Assembly (NCBI GenBank): GCA_018384365.1
Contig: JAHAYX010000001.1
Coordinates: 101,678 to 165,677 of the forward strand
Origin: Clostridiaceae bacterium
GTDB lineage: Bacteria; Bacillota; Clostridia; Oscillospirales; QAMX01
Reading direction: 5' to 3'
Length of the DNA: 64,000 nt
The notes beneath the pieces were generated by a model, which worked only from the letters and a program-made list of their open reading frames with translations, made no database searches and had not been told where the DNA came from. This document shows, one piece after another, positions 19,326 to 27,941 of the stretch. Position 1 is the stretch's first letter. Each line of letters begins with the position of its first letter. A program made the translations under genes and the position numbers.

Positions 19326-20225
19326 TTAATGTTGATATTCGCCGTATTTTTTCGTCATGTAATCGTTAAATTCGTTCCGCTGACGCAGCCATTCTTCCTC
19401 TGAGACATAGCTCTTTGCGATATCCTGCACATCATAGGCGTCAAACAAATCCGGAAGATGCTCCGCACCGCCGACAATGGAAAGGCCGCCATCCACGCAG
19501 ATGACCTGACCTGTAATGTAGGATGCCTTTTCAGAGGCCAGGAACGAAACCACATTGCCCATATCCTCCGCATAGCCGTTGCGGCGCAGCGGGATAAACT
19601 TCGGTGAATCGCGGTAGAAGGGATTCAGCGCTTCATCTTCCGCCTTCGGGCTGCGCACATTCGTCACGCCCGGCGAATAGCCGTTCACGCGGATTCCATA
19701 GCGTCCCAGGTCAATGGCAAAAGATTGAATCGTGCGGTTCAGGGCCGCCTTCAGTCCGCCGTACACGCCGTCGCTGGAGTGCGGCGCAAAGCTGCGGATG
19801 GAGGTATTGAAAAGAATCGTGCCCTGCACGCCGTTTTCCACCATATATTTCGCCGCTTCCGACGCGCCCAGAACCATGCCGCGGTAATCCAGATAGTACA
19901 TACTGTCCATGATTTCGGCAGTGATCTCACGCGGCGTCTGGATACGCGTGATGCCTGCGTTGTTGACGTCCACATCAAGACGCCCCAGTTTTTCGACCGT
20001 TTCGCGCACCAGACGGCGCGGCACTTCCGCATCAGAGGTATCTCCGTGCAGCAGGCAGGTGCGCACACCCATGGCTTCAATTTCTTCCTGAACGCCCCGT
20101 GCGCGTTCCGGCGAGCGGTTGTAATGCAGCGCGATATCGTAACCGTCACGTGCCAATGCCTTCGCAACCGCTGCGCCGATCCCTGATGAGGAGCCTGTTA
20201 CAAGCGCGACTTTTCCATTTCTCAT
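19326..20225 (-). CDS. Short-chain dehydrogenase/reductase (SDR) family oxidoreductase with a ~45-aa C-terminal extension
   Basis: Rossmann motif VTGSSSGIGAA, NNAG and the catalytic YGGLKAA (YxxxK). Start set at MRNGKVALV. Confidence 0.85.
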   Translation of the reverse strand: MRNGKVALVTGSSSGIGAAVAKALARDGYDIALHYNRSPERARGVQEEIEAMGVRTCLLHGDTSDAEVPRRLVRETVEKLGRLDVDVNNAGITRIQTPREITAEIMDSMYYLDYRGMVLGASEAAKYMVENGVQGTILFNTSIRSFAPHSSDGVYGGLKAALNRTIQSFAIDLGRYGIRVNGYSPGVTNVRSPKAEDEALNPFYRDSPKFIPLRRNGYAEDMGNVVSFLASEKASYITGQVICVDGGLSIVGGAEHLPDLFDAYDVQDIAKSYVSEEEWLRQRNEFNDYMTKKYGEYQH

Positions 20226-20422
20226 AATTTCACCCTTCTCTCTGCCGGCCCCCGAATCAATCCGCCGGAATCCGGCAGGCGACACTTCCCCGTTGCCGCC
20301 CCGCCAGGCATTTTTCGAGGGGGCGCGGCGCGCCCTGCGGGACAGTTTCATTATAGTACGGTGTGTGGGGGAAAACAACAAATGCGCCGTGATTTATCCG
20401 TCTTCCAGCGCAATACAGTGAG

Positions 20423-20465
20423 ATTTTCAAACATTCCGGTCACTGTTCGAAAATCGTTTGAAAAT
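20423..20465. promoter_or_regulatory. Cluster of GTT(T/C)GAAAAT motifs in the SDR/AraC divergent intergenic region
   Basis: ATTTTCAAAC (20423-20432) is inverted relative to tandem GTTCGAAAAT (20445-20454) and GTTTGAAAAT (20456-20465). Confidence 0.45.
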
Positions 20466-20536
20466 ATCCGATCCTGTCTCCCCCGCAGCGGCGGCCTCTG
20501 ACGTAAAAACGCATGGCAAAACCGGAGCACACCATA

Positions 20537-20565
20537 TTGTTTCCGGCGCAAAAATTTGCTATAAT
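20537..20565 (+). promoter_or_regulatory. Promoter of the AraC-family regulator gene
   Basis: TTGTTT, 17 nt, TGcTATAAT (extended -10), about 20 nt upstream of the SD AAAGGTGG. Confidence 0.55.
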
Positions 20566-20585
20566 ACAGAAAAGGTGGTGATTCA

Positions 20586-21521
20586 ATGTTTAAAAGTGCA
20601 TACAAAGACCGATATCTTTTGTACGCCGACAATTACGTGGAAAGCGCACAGGAGGACACTTCATTATTGAACATCAACGAGGCTCACGAGCTTGTTTACT
20701 GCAAATCCGGACGGCTTTCCGCGAATGTGGAGGGTGTTTCCTATATCATCGGCCCCGGCGATATTCTGATCACGCGTGATGCGGAAGTGCACAAGGTTGA
20801 GCCGACCGAATTTCCGGCCGAATTTCACCACATGGAGTTCAGTCCGTTTTATTACACGATCTTTGATCCGGATTTCCGCATCTACCGTCCCTTTACGGAA
20901 CGGGAGCTTGGCATGGGCTGCGTCATCCCGAAAGGGAAAATTGACAGTACGTTTCTGGAGTCCTGCTTTGCAAATATTGCGGCCGTTCCCGACACCTATA
21001 TGCGCAGGATTGCGGTATTTGGTGCGCTGACCATGATATTGAGCGAGATCAACCGCGTTTATGAATACAACAATACAAGCACCTGCGATAACCGTTCCGA
21101 GATTCTGCGCAATATTATCACCTATGTCAACGACCATCTGGATGAGGACCTGAATCCGGACAGCATTGCGGCCAATCTGTACATTTCCCGCTCGCAGCTT
21201 GACCGGATTTTCAAGCAGCATCTGGGCTTCACCCTCTGGAAATACATCACGTTCAAGCGTTTGATCCGGGCCAGGCATCTGCTGCACGCCGGCATTGCAA
21301 ACAACGAAGTGGCGCGCCAGTGCGGTTTTGGGGACTATTCCACGTTTTACAAGGTCTATACCAAGATTTACGATACGCCGCCGCGCGCCGCGCAGCCAAA
21401 CGACACGACCGACCCGCTTTTAAAGCAGTTTTACAAGTTCGATGAAATGTGCAGCACCATTGAGTCGCCCAGCGAGCAAACCCGTGTGCTGGAAAGCGTG
21501 AAAAAGCTGAAGCTGGATTGA
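20586..21521 (+). CDS. AraC family transcriptional regulator (cupin sensor + HTH)
   Basis: N-terminal cupin-like domain. C-terminal double HTH (IAANLYISRSQLDRIFKQ... and VARQCGFGDYSTFYKVY). Confidence 0.9.
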   Translation: MFKSAYKDRYLLYADNYVESAQEDTSLLNINEAHELVYCKSGRLSANVEGVSYIIGPGDILITRDAEVHKVEPTEFPAEFHHMEFSPFYYTIFDPDFRIYRPFTERELGMGCVIPKGKIDSTFLESCFANIAAVPDTYMRRIAVFGALTMILSEINRVYEYNNTSTCDNRSEILRNIITYVNDHLDEDLNPDSIAANLYISRSQLDRIFKQHLGFTLWKYITFKRLIRARHLLHAGIANNEVARQCGFGDYSTFYKVYTKIYDTPPRAAQPNDTTDPLLKQFYKFDEMCSTIESPSEQTRVLESVKKLKLD

Positions 21522-21531
21522 GGACGGCAGC

Positions 21532-22530
21532 ATGAACTGTCACGTTTTGCAGGCCGTTTTGACGGCCTTTTCCCTCGGTACGCTCTACGGATCTCCTATG
21601 CCGCTCTCCGGCGGCCTGATGCATACCACATACCGCGTGGAAACAGACCGGGGCGTCTGGGTACTGAAGCGACTGAACCCCGAAGTGGCCGGGCGGCCCG
21701 GCGCACTCGGCAATATACGCCGTGCGGAGCAGGTGGCGCGTGCGCTGGCGCAGTTTGTTCCATCCGTTACCGCCCTTACGCGGGAGGATGACCCGATTTT
21801 CTGCCAGAACGGGCAGTACTTTCTGCTCTTTCCCTGGCAGGAGGGTGTTTCTGTCTTTCCGCCGGAGCTGACACCGGCGCACTGCGCCGCCATCGGCGCT
21901 ATACTCGGCCGGATACACAGCGCAAGGCTCACGCTCCCCGGTTTCCCGCTTCCCGAATATAGGGAAGGCCCTGACTGGAATGCGCTGGGGGAAGCCGCCC
22001 GTCGATTCCGGCAGCCCTGGGCGGACGCATTTCTCGCCGCGCTCCCGCAATGCGCGCGGCTATACGAGAAAGCGCGGCGTGCCTGCGTCAGAATGCGTGC
22101 AGGATGCGTTCTCAGCCACGGAGATCTCGACCCCAAGAATGTACTCTGGGCAAACGAAAAACCCGTCCTGATCGATTGGGAGGCCGCAGGGCCCATTCAC
22201 CCGGCGCTGGACGCCTTCACGCTGCTGCGTGACTGGACAGGCGATGGGCAGGGTGGGATTCTGCTGCCGCAGTTCCGGGCCATGCTTGACGCATACCGCG
22301 CGGCCTGTCCCGCAGCCGGGCTGCCGTGGGAGGAAGCGGCGCTGGCTGCCGCAGAGAGCATACTCGCCTGGCTTGCCTACAACGTGCGACGGGCGTGTGC
22401 CATAGACACGGCGGATCCCGCTGTACAAGCCGCAGGCGCAGAACAGGTCACGGAAACGCTTCGGACGCTGGCTTCCTATGAGTCGTGCGCGCAGCGGATG
22501 CTGTGTCTGCTGAATGCCCCCGGTTTCTGA
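21532..22530 (+). CDS. Phosphotransferase (APH/choline-kinase-like) family protein
   Basis: Brenner-type catalytic motif SHGDLDPKNVLW followed by LIDWE. 332 aa. Confidence 0.75.
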   Translation: MNCHVLQAVLTAFSLGTLYGSPMPLSGGLMHTTYRVETDRGVWVLKRLNPEVAGRPGALGNIRRAEQVARALAQFVPSVTALTREDDPIFCQNGQYFLLFPWQEGVSVFPPELTPAHCAAIGAILGRIHSARLTLPGFPLPEYREGPDWNALGEAARRFRQPWADAFLAALPQCARLYEKARRACVRMRAGCVLSHGDLDPKNVLWANEKPVLIDWEAAGPIHPALDAFTLLRDWTGDGQGGILLPQFRAMLDAYRAACPAAGLPWEEAALAAAESILAWLAYNVRRACAIDTADPAVQAAGAEQVTETLRTLASYESCAQRMLCLLNAPGF

Positions 22531-22646
22531 AAAACAACAAGTCCGGATACCGGCCTTTCAAGGCCCGTGTCCGGACGTCTTTTTGTGTCAGTCGCGCCGC
22601 TTCCCGCATAAAATGGGGCATCTTGAGAAAAAGGATGACGCGCCTT

Positions 22647-23165
22647 ATGAAACTCATTGAATTTCCCTATAACCGCGAACTGGCCGTGGCCTATGCGCAC
22701 CGCTGGGCCTATGGACGCAATCCCGAATTTTTTGATTTCCAGGGCATAGGAGGCGACTGCACCAATTTTGCCTCCCAGTGCATCTATGCCGGCGCCGGCG
22801 TGATGAATTATACCCCGATATATGGTTGGTACTACATCACCGCAAACGACCGCACCGCCTCCTGGACGGGCGTACAGTACTTATACAATTTCCTGACGGG
22901 CAACCTGAATGCCGGGCCCTTCGGAACGGACACGGACATTTCACAAATGCAGCCCGGCGACATTTGCCAGCTTGCGCTGAACCGGCCGGAGTTTCACCAC
23001 ACCCCGGTGATTGTCTCCGTCGGAGAAACCCCGACGCTCGACAACATTCTGGTCGCTGCCCACTCCCGGGACGCAGACTATCGCCCGCTCTCCAGCTATG
23101 CATTCCGGGCAATCCGCTTCATTCATATCGAAGCGGTGCGCACCTTTGTCCCCGACAGCGAATAA
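22647..23165 (+). CDS. Putative amidase-domain protein (papain-like Cys fold)
   Basis: GGDCTNFASQCIYAGAG motif with a later HH pair, typical of the Firmicute 'putative amidase domain'. The start is ambiguous between 22635 and 22647. Confidence 0.6.
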   Translation: MKLIEFPYNRELAVAYAHRWAYGRNPEFFDFQGIGGDCTNFASQCIYAGAGVMNYTPIYGWYYITANDRTASWTGVQYLYNFLTGNLNAGPFGTDTDISQMQPGDICQLALNRPEFHHTPVIVSVGETPTLDNILVAAHSRDADYRPLSSYAFRAIRFIHIEAVRTFVPDSE

Positions 23166-23184
23166 ACCGCCGCGCGCGGCAAAT

Positions 23185-23217
23185 AAAAAAGGCAGGATGG
23201 TTTTCCTGCCTTTTTTC
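23185..23217. terminator. Bidirectional terminator between convergent genes
   Basis: Stem GGCAGGA/TCCTGCC flanked by an A-run and a T-run. Confidence 0.8.
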
Positions 23218-23221
23218 TGTT

Positions 23222-24226
23222 TTAATACCGTTCCCGGATTCTGTTTGCCACGCGTTTTCCCTGTACTTTGAGACGGCGCACGGCCTGTACGGCCACGATT
23301 CCCGCAAACACCAGCGGCACAACGGCGGAAACCGCCGCAAACACCAGCATCAGCGCCATCATATCTTCCGTATAGCGCGCGGCGTTCTCCCAATACGGGT
23401 ATAAAATGCCGAATACATTCATGGAGCGGCTTCCGAAATGCCAAATGATGCCCGTGATGCTGCCAAGGCTGTACCGGGCGCTGTTTTCCACAATCTCGCC
23501 GCCCGCTTTCATGCTCTGCGTTACCGTATTTTTGGCAAAACCGGAAATTGGATCCGCCAGAATGATTTCATAGCAATTGATCACTGCGTCCGACGGCGTG
23601 TTCTTCCGGTCGCTGTGCAGATAGATGCTCGGACCGCCGGCTCCGGCCGCAAGACTGGCCGCATCGCTTTCGGAATCCACGACGCCGGCCACGACATAGG
23701 GCACGTTGTCGATCGTCACCGTCATGCCGGCCACATCCACAGCGCCAAAGACCGCCCATGCCAGCTCCCGTGTGAGCACCACGCGGTCGCGCGCCAGATC
23801 GTCCCCGGCGATATAGCTGCCGGAAACCAGCTTCAGCGGATGAAAGGTGAAATACTGGCCGCCGATTTCATAGGCAGTCGCCTCGATGGAGCCTTTGTTT
23901 CCGTATACCGTCAGCTTCGACCGGGAGCTGTACGTATCCACATACATCCGAATGTCGCCCTCCACGTCCAGGGAAGCATCGACCAGCGCGGATTCCACGG
24001 CGGAACGGAATTGAGCAATGTCGTTCAGGCTCAGTTCCGCGCCGACCGGCCGGAAACAGGAGATCTGCGCAAAACGCACGCCGCTTTCCCCCTGCCAGCG
24101 TTTTGCGGCTGCCTGGGATTCCAGGAGGTTGGCATAGTGGCTGTATCCCGCCACCGACGCGATAAATGCGGCGATCAGCAGCGCATTCAAAGCCAATATG
24201 AGGATTGTGCTGCGTTTCCTGCGCAT
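23222..24226 (-). CDS. MacB-like periplasmic-core-domain protein with only two TM helices (no FtsX 4-TM bundle)
   Basis: N-terminal TM, an extracytoplasmic domain of ~270 aa (LKLVSGSYIAGDDLARDRVVLTRELAWAVFG...VTIDNVPYVVAGVVD) and a single C-terminal TM. Confidence 0.55.
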   Translation of the reverse strand: MRRKRSTILILALNALLIAAFIASVAGYSHYANLLESQAAAKRWQGESGVRFAQISCFRPVGAELSLNDIAQFRSAVESALVDASLDVEGDIRMYVDTYSSRSKLTVYGNKGSIEATAYEIGGQYFTFHPLKLVSGSYIAGDDLARDRVVLTRELAWAVFGAVDVAGMTVTIDNVPYVVAGVVDSESDAASLAAGAGGPSIYLHSDRKNTPSDAVINCYEIILADPISGFAKNTVTQSMKAGGEIVENSARYSLGSITGIIWHFGSRSMNVFGILYPYWENAARYTEDMMALMLVFAAVSAVVPLVFAGIVAVQAVRRLKVQGKRVANRIRERY

Positions 24227-24248
24227 ACTGTTTCCCTTTCCATCCAAA

Positions 24249-26144
24249 TCAGTTTTCCACAAGACGCACCAGCTGGCCGGGCGTCAGCGGCGCCGACGAG
24301 GTCGTAATCACATAGTCATAGCTGACCAAGCTGCCCGATACCGCCGTATTGGTATCATCGGAGGCAAGCACCTGTACGTCCACACGCGTCGCCACATAGC
24401 GGTTGCCCAGCGGGCTGTTCTTCGTCTGTACCGTCAGCACAAAATAGCCGTTTGCATCGGAGCGCACCGCGCTGTTGGGCACAATCAGCTCATAGTTCGC
24501 GCTCTTCTGGCTGATGGCCAGATTCAGCTGGTCACCGGCGGATACGTCGCCTTCCACCACAAAGTTCAAGAGCTTGCTCTGACCGGCGCCGGCGGGATCA
24601 TTGGTGATCGCTGCAAGCGTTGCCTTGATGTCAGAGCCCCAGTAATAACCGGTCACGTCCGCGCTGTCGCCAATCTTCACCTTCTGGGCCTGTTCATTCG
24701 TGACGGAGAAGCTGAGCATATAGCCGCGGTCGTTTTCCTCAATCGTCATCAGGGAGACGTCGTAATCCGTCGTGGAACCGGCGGAAATATTGATTGCCGT
24801 TACGGTGCCGGCAACGGGGGCATTGATGGTATCGCCGCCCTCGCCTTCTTCATATTTGTCGATTTTCTCCTGAAGCTCGTCGATCTGCTTTTTGGCCTTT
24901 TCCACATCCAGGTCAAACTTGGTTTTTTCCACCGTTGTGGAGTGCTGCGATTCCTGAACGGAGATCAGCTTATCTTCCAGAGCATCCTCGGCAGCCTTCA
25001 CGGCGTCGTCGAGCATTTTATAGTTCTCTTTTTTTGTTTTCAGCGTTTCCAGCAGGGCATTGGCTTCCTCGAGTGCCTTGTCGGCGTTCTTCTTTTCCTT
25101 CTCCGCCGCCTTCTTCTGCTCCTCCAGCGTTTCCAGCTGGGCCTTCAGGCTGGAAGCCTGTGCGGATTCCATGGACGATGCGCCCAGCTCCGCAAGGCGG
25201 TTGTAATAGGCTGTCTGTGCATCGTTATAGGCAATCTGTGCCGCTTCCAACGCCACTTTGGCGTCCGTTATTTTTTCATAAGCCTCGGAGTATGTTATAC
25301 CATCTAGCCCTGCACCCGGATTCATCCGCGCATAACCGGCCATACGGGCCTCCAGGCTGTACTCCGGATGATACTCAATTTCCCATGTTGCGGCAATCTC
25401 ACTCAGTTTTTCATAGGCGCGGCCGTAAATCAGGTTGGCTGTCTGCAATTCCGTTTTTTTGCTGTTCAGCTCCCGTGCGGCGGCATCCAGCGCTTTCTGC
25501 TCGGCGGAAAGGTCTGCATTCACCGTGCCGCCGCTCAGGCCGGCAAGCTGTTCGTTCAGCTCGGCAATTTTTTCGTCCAGATCCTCAATCTGGTTCGCCG
25601 CTGTCTCCGCGGCAATTTCCTTATCCGTCACATCGCTCTCCGCGGAGGCAATCTGCGCATCCGTTACATAGGACAGGTCGCGCTCTTCAATCGCTTCTTC
25701 CACCTTTTCCTTGAGCCGTTCGATTTCCCGGCTGTCGGAGGAGGTGTTGATATACGGCGAGCTTAAAAGCAGCAGACGGTAGTTATACTTTGCGTCGTCC
25801 AGCTGATCCCGCAGTTCCTGCAGACCTGTGCTCTCGCCCTCTTCCAGGATGAACAGCACATCGCCCACCTCCACCGTATCGCCCTTTCGCACGGCCACGG
25901 TTTTGATCACGCGGTTTTCCTTCACCTTCACCTCATAGGCGGAGTTTGCGGTCACAGTACCGGAGCCGCGTATCTTCGCCGAAATGGTTCCCGAGGACAC
26001 ATACTGCGTGGCGACCTCCGGCAGGGAACGGTTCATGATGGTATTCGAGAAGAAGGTCAAAACGAGCATGATGGCAAGGAATATAATGGCTGCATTTTTG
26101 ATCCAGCCTCTTCTTTTTCCTCTGAGTGCTTCTTTGGTATCCAT
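24249..26144 (-). CDS. HlyD/membrane-fusion-protein family adaptor with an unusually long coiled coil
   Basis: N-terminal TM and a lipoyl-like hairpin (VRKGDTVEVGDVLFILE ... INAPVAGTVTAINI) split by ~330 aa of heptad-rich sequence. C-terminal beta-barrel region. Confidence 0.75.
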   Translation of the reverse strand: MDTKEALRGKRRGWIKNAAIIFLAIMLVLTFFSNTIMNRSLPEVATQYVSSGTISAKIRGSGTVTANSAYEVKVKENRVIKTVAVRKGDTVEVGDVLFILEEGESTGLQELRDQLDDAKYNYRLLLLSSPYINTSSDSREIERLKEKVEEAIEERDLSYVTDAQIASAESDVTDKEIAAETAANQIEDLDEKIAELNEQLAGLSGGTVNADLSAEQKALDAAARELNSKKTELQTANLIYGRAYEKLSEIAATWEIEYHPEYSLEARMAGYARMNPGAGLDGITYSEAYEKITDAKVALEAAQIAYNDAQTAYYNRLAELGASSMESAQASSLKAQLETLEEQKKAAEKEKKNADKALEEANALLETLKTKKENYKMLDDAVKAAEDALEDKLISVQESQHSTTVEKTKFDLDVEKAKKQIDELQEKIDKYEEGEGGDTINAPVAGTVTAINISAGSTTDYDVSLMTIEENDRGYMLSFSVTNEQAQKVKIGDSADVTGYYWGSDIKATLAAITNDPAGAGQSKLLNFVVEGDVSAGDQLNLAISQKSANYELIVPNSAVRSDANGYFVLTVQTKNSPLGNRYVATRVDVQVLASDDTNTAVSGSLVSYDYVITTSSAPLTPGQLVRLVEN

Positions 26145-26154
26145 ATGATCCCCC

Positions 26155-27039
26155 TTACCCCTTTACGGAGCCAGAATATGTGATGCCCTCGACCAGGTAA
26201 TCCTCTCCGTGCAGGAACAGCAGGAGCGTCGGCACCATATAAATCGTCGCGACGGCAAAAGCCAGTCCGACTTCACCTGAATTGATTTGCGAAAGGAACA
26301 CGGAAAGCGGCTGTTTTTCCGCGTCGGACAGCAGAACGATCGGCTGTTCCACCATGTTCCAATAGTCGATGAACACGAGTATCACGATGGAGTAAAGCGC
26401 GCTGCGGCACATGGGCAGGCAGATGCGCGTAAAGATCTTCCAGTCTCCCGCGCCGTCCAGCTTGGCGGCCTCGATCAGCGAAACCGGGATGCGCCGCATA
26501 AATTTTGTGAGCAAAAACACCGAAAACGGTGCGAAAATGCCCGGCAGAATGATGGCCCAGCGGGTATTCAGCAAATGCGTCCACTCTGCCACCAGATAGT
26601 TCGGCACCAGCGTCACCTGATAGGGCATCAGCATGAGGATGATGTAAAAGAAAAACAGGGCTTCCTTCATTTTTCCCCGGTAGCAGGTGAAGCTGTATGC
26701 GGCAAATGCCGCCACCGCCACCTGGAAAATCACGATCGGCACCACCAGAATCACACTGTTCCAGAATTTCAGCAGATAATCCGGGCTTTTCAGCAGCGCT
26801 GTGGCATACTGGGAAAAGCTGACTTGATCCGGGATGAATTTCAGGTTCACCTGATCCGAAATATAGGTCGTGGTATTGGAAAGGGACGAAAACACCACGC
26901 CATAGTTCGCGGCGATTTCCGTGCCGGACATGAAGGAATTCGTGATGGTCAGCACGGTCGGCATCAAAAACACTATAGCAAACAGCAGCGCCGTCAGAAA
27001 AAGCAGCCCGCGCCCCAGCGCATACATGGCCTTTCTCAT
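26155..27039 (-). CDS. Carbohydrate ABC transporter permease (MalG/CUT1 type)
   Basis: Six TM segments and the EAA loop IEAAKLDGAGDWKIFTRICLP. Confidence 0.9.
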   Translation of the reverse strand: MRKAMYALGRGLLFLTALLFAIVFLMPTVLTITNSFMSGTEIAANYGVVFSSLSNTTTYISDQVNLKFIPDQVSFSQYATALLKSPDYLLKFWNSVILVVPIVIFQVAVAAFAAYSFTCYRGKMKEALFFFYIILMLMPYQVTLVPNYLVAEWTHLLNTRWAIILPGIFAPFSVFLLTKFMRRIPVSLIEAAKLDGAGDWKIFTRICLPMCRSALYSIVILVFIDYWNMVEQPIVLLSDAEKQPLSVFLSQINSGEVGLAFAVATIYMVPTLLLFLHGEDYLVEGITYSGSVKG

Positions 27040-27923
27040 CCTTCCACATCCTTTCCGAAGAAGTTCTCCGCCACGAAAAGGATGGCGATCAGCACCACCA
27101 TAACGGCCGCCATCAGCACGGCCGCCGCCGATAGCTTTTGATAGTCAATATTCACGAACGCATTGTTCATGAAGTGCTGCAGCATATAAAGAGATTCGTA
27201 GGGATAGGCGCCTGTCAGCAGATAGACCTCGCGGAACACCTTGAAGGAGTTGATCAGCGACAGAATCGTGACAAACAGCACCGTCGGCGAGAGATAGCGC
27301 AGCTTGATATTGAAAAAGCAGTATACCGGGCCGGCGCCCTCCACGCGGGCAACCTCCAAAAGGCCTTTTGGCATATTGTTCAGTGCCGCCATAAACAGAA
27401 TCATGTTATAGCCGAGGTTTTTCCACAGAAACAGGACAATGATCGGTATCTGGCCGTAATCGGATTTGAACCAGTCGATTTTGTCATACCCGAATATCGA
27501 CAGGAAATTGTTCAGCACGCCGTTATAATGGAAAATGACCTGCCAGATCAGGACAATGGAGGCAACCGGCACCATCATGGGGCTCAGGAAGAAGGTCCTG
27601 AGCTGGCTTTTGGCCGGGATTTTGCACTCCAGCATGAGCGCCAGCAGAATTGCCAGTATGACCGCGAGCGGTACAGCGACCGCCGAAAACTTCAGCGTGT
27701 TGGCGGCCGCCATACGGAAGGACGAGTTGTTTAAAACATTGACAAAATTCTCAAAGCCGACAAATTCCCTGACCAGCGGGCTTTTGATGAGCGAATAATA
27801 GACCACCACGCCGAAGGGCAATATGTAAAATATGGCCGCGCCGAGAAAGCTGGGCGCCAGAAACGCCGCGCCGCTCAGTCTGCCGCGCATCTTGCGGCGG
27901 AGTTTTGCGTGATTGATCTTCAT
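27036..27923 (-). CDS. Carbohydrate ABC transporter permease (MalF/CUT1 type)
   Basis: Six TM segments and the EAA loop LEVARVEGAGPVYCFFNIKL. 4-nt overlap with the next permease gene. Confidence 0.9.
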   Translation of the reverse strand: MKINHAKLRRKMRGRLSGAAFLAPSFLGAAIFYILPFGVVVYYSLIKSPLVREFVGFENFVNVLNNSSFRMAAANTLKFSAVAVPLAVILAILLALMLECKIPAKSQLRTFFLSPMMVPVASIVLIWQVIFHYNGVLNNFLSIFGYDKIDWFKSDYGQIPIIVLFLWKNLGYNMILFMAALNNMPKGLLEVARVEGAGPVYCFFNIKLRYLSPTVLFVTILSLINSFKVFREVYLLTGAYPYESLYMLQHFMNNAFVNIDYQKLSAAAVLMAAVMVVLIAILFVAENFFGKDVEG

Positions 27924-27941
27924 GCTTTATCCTGCCTTAAT

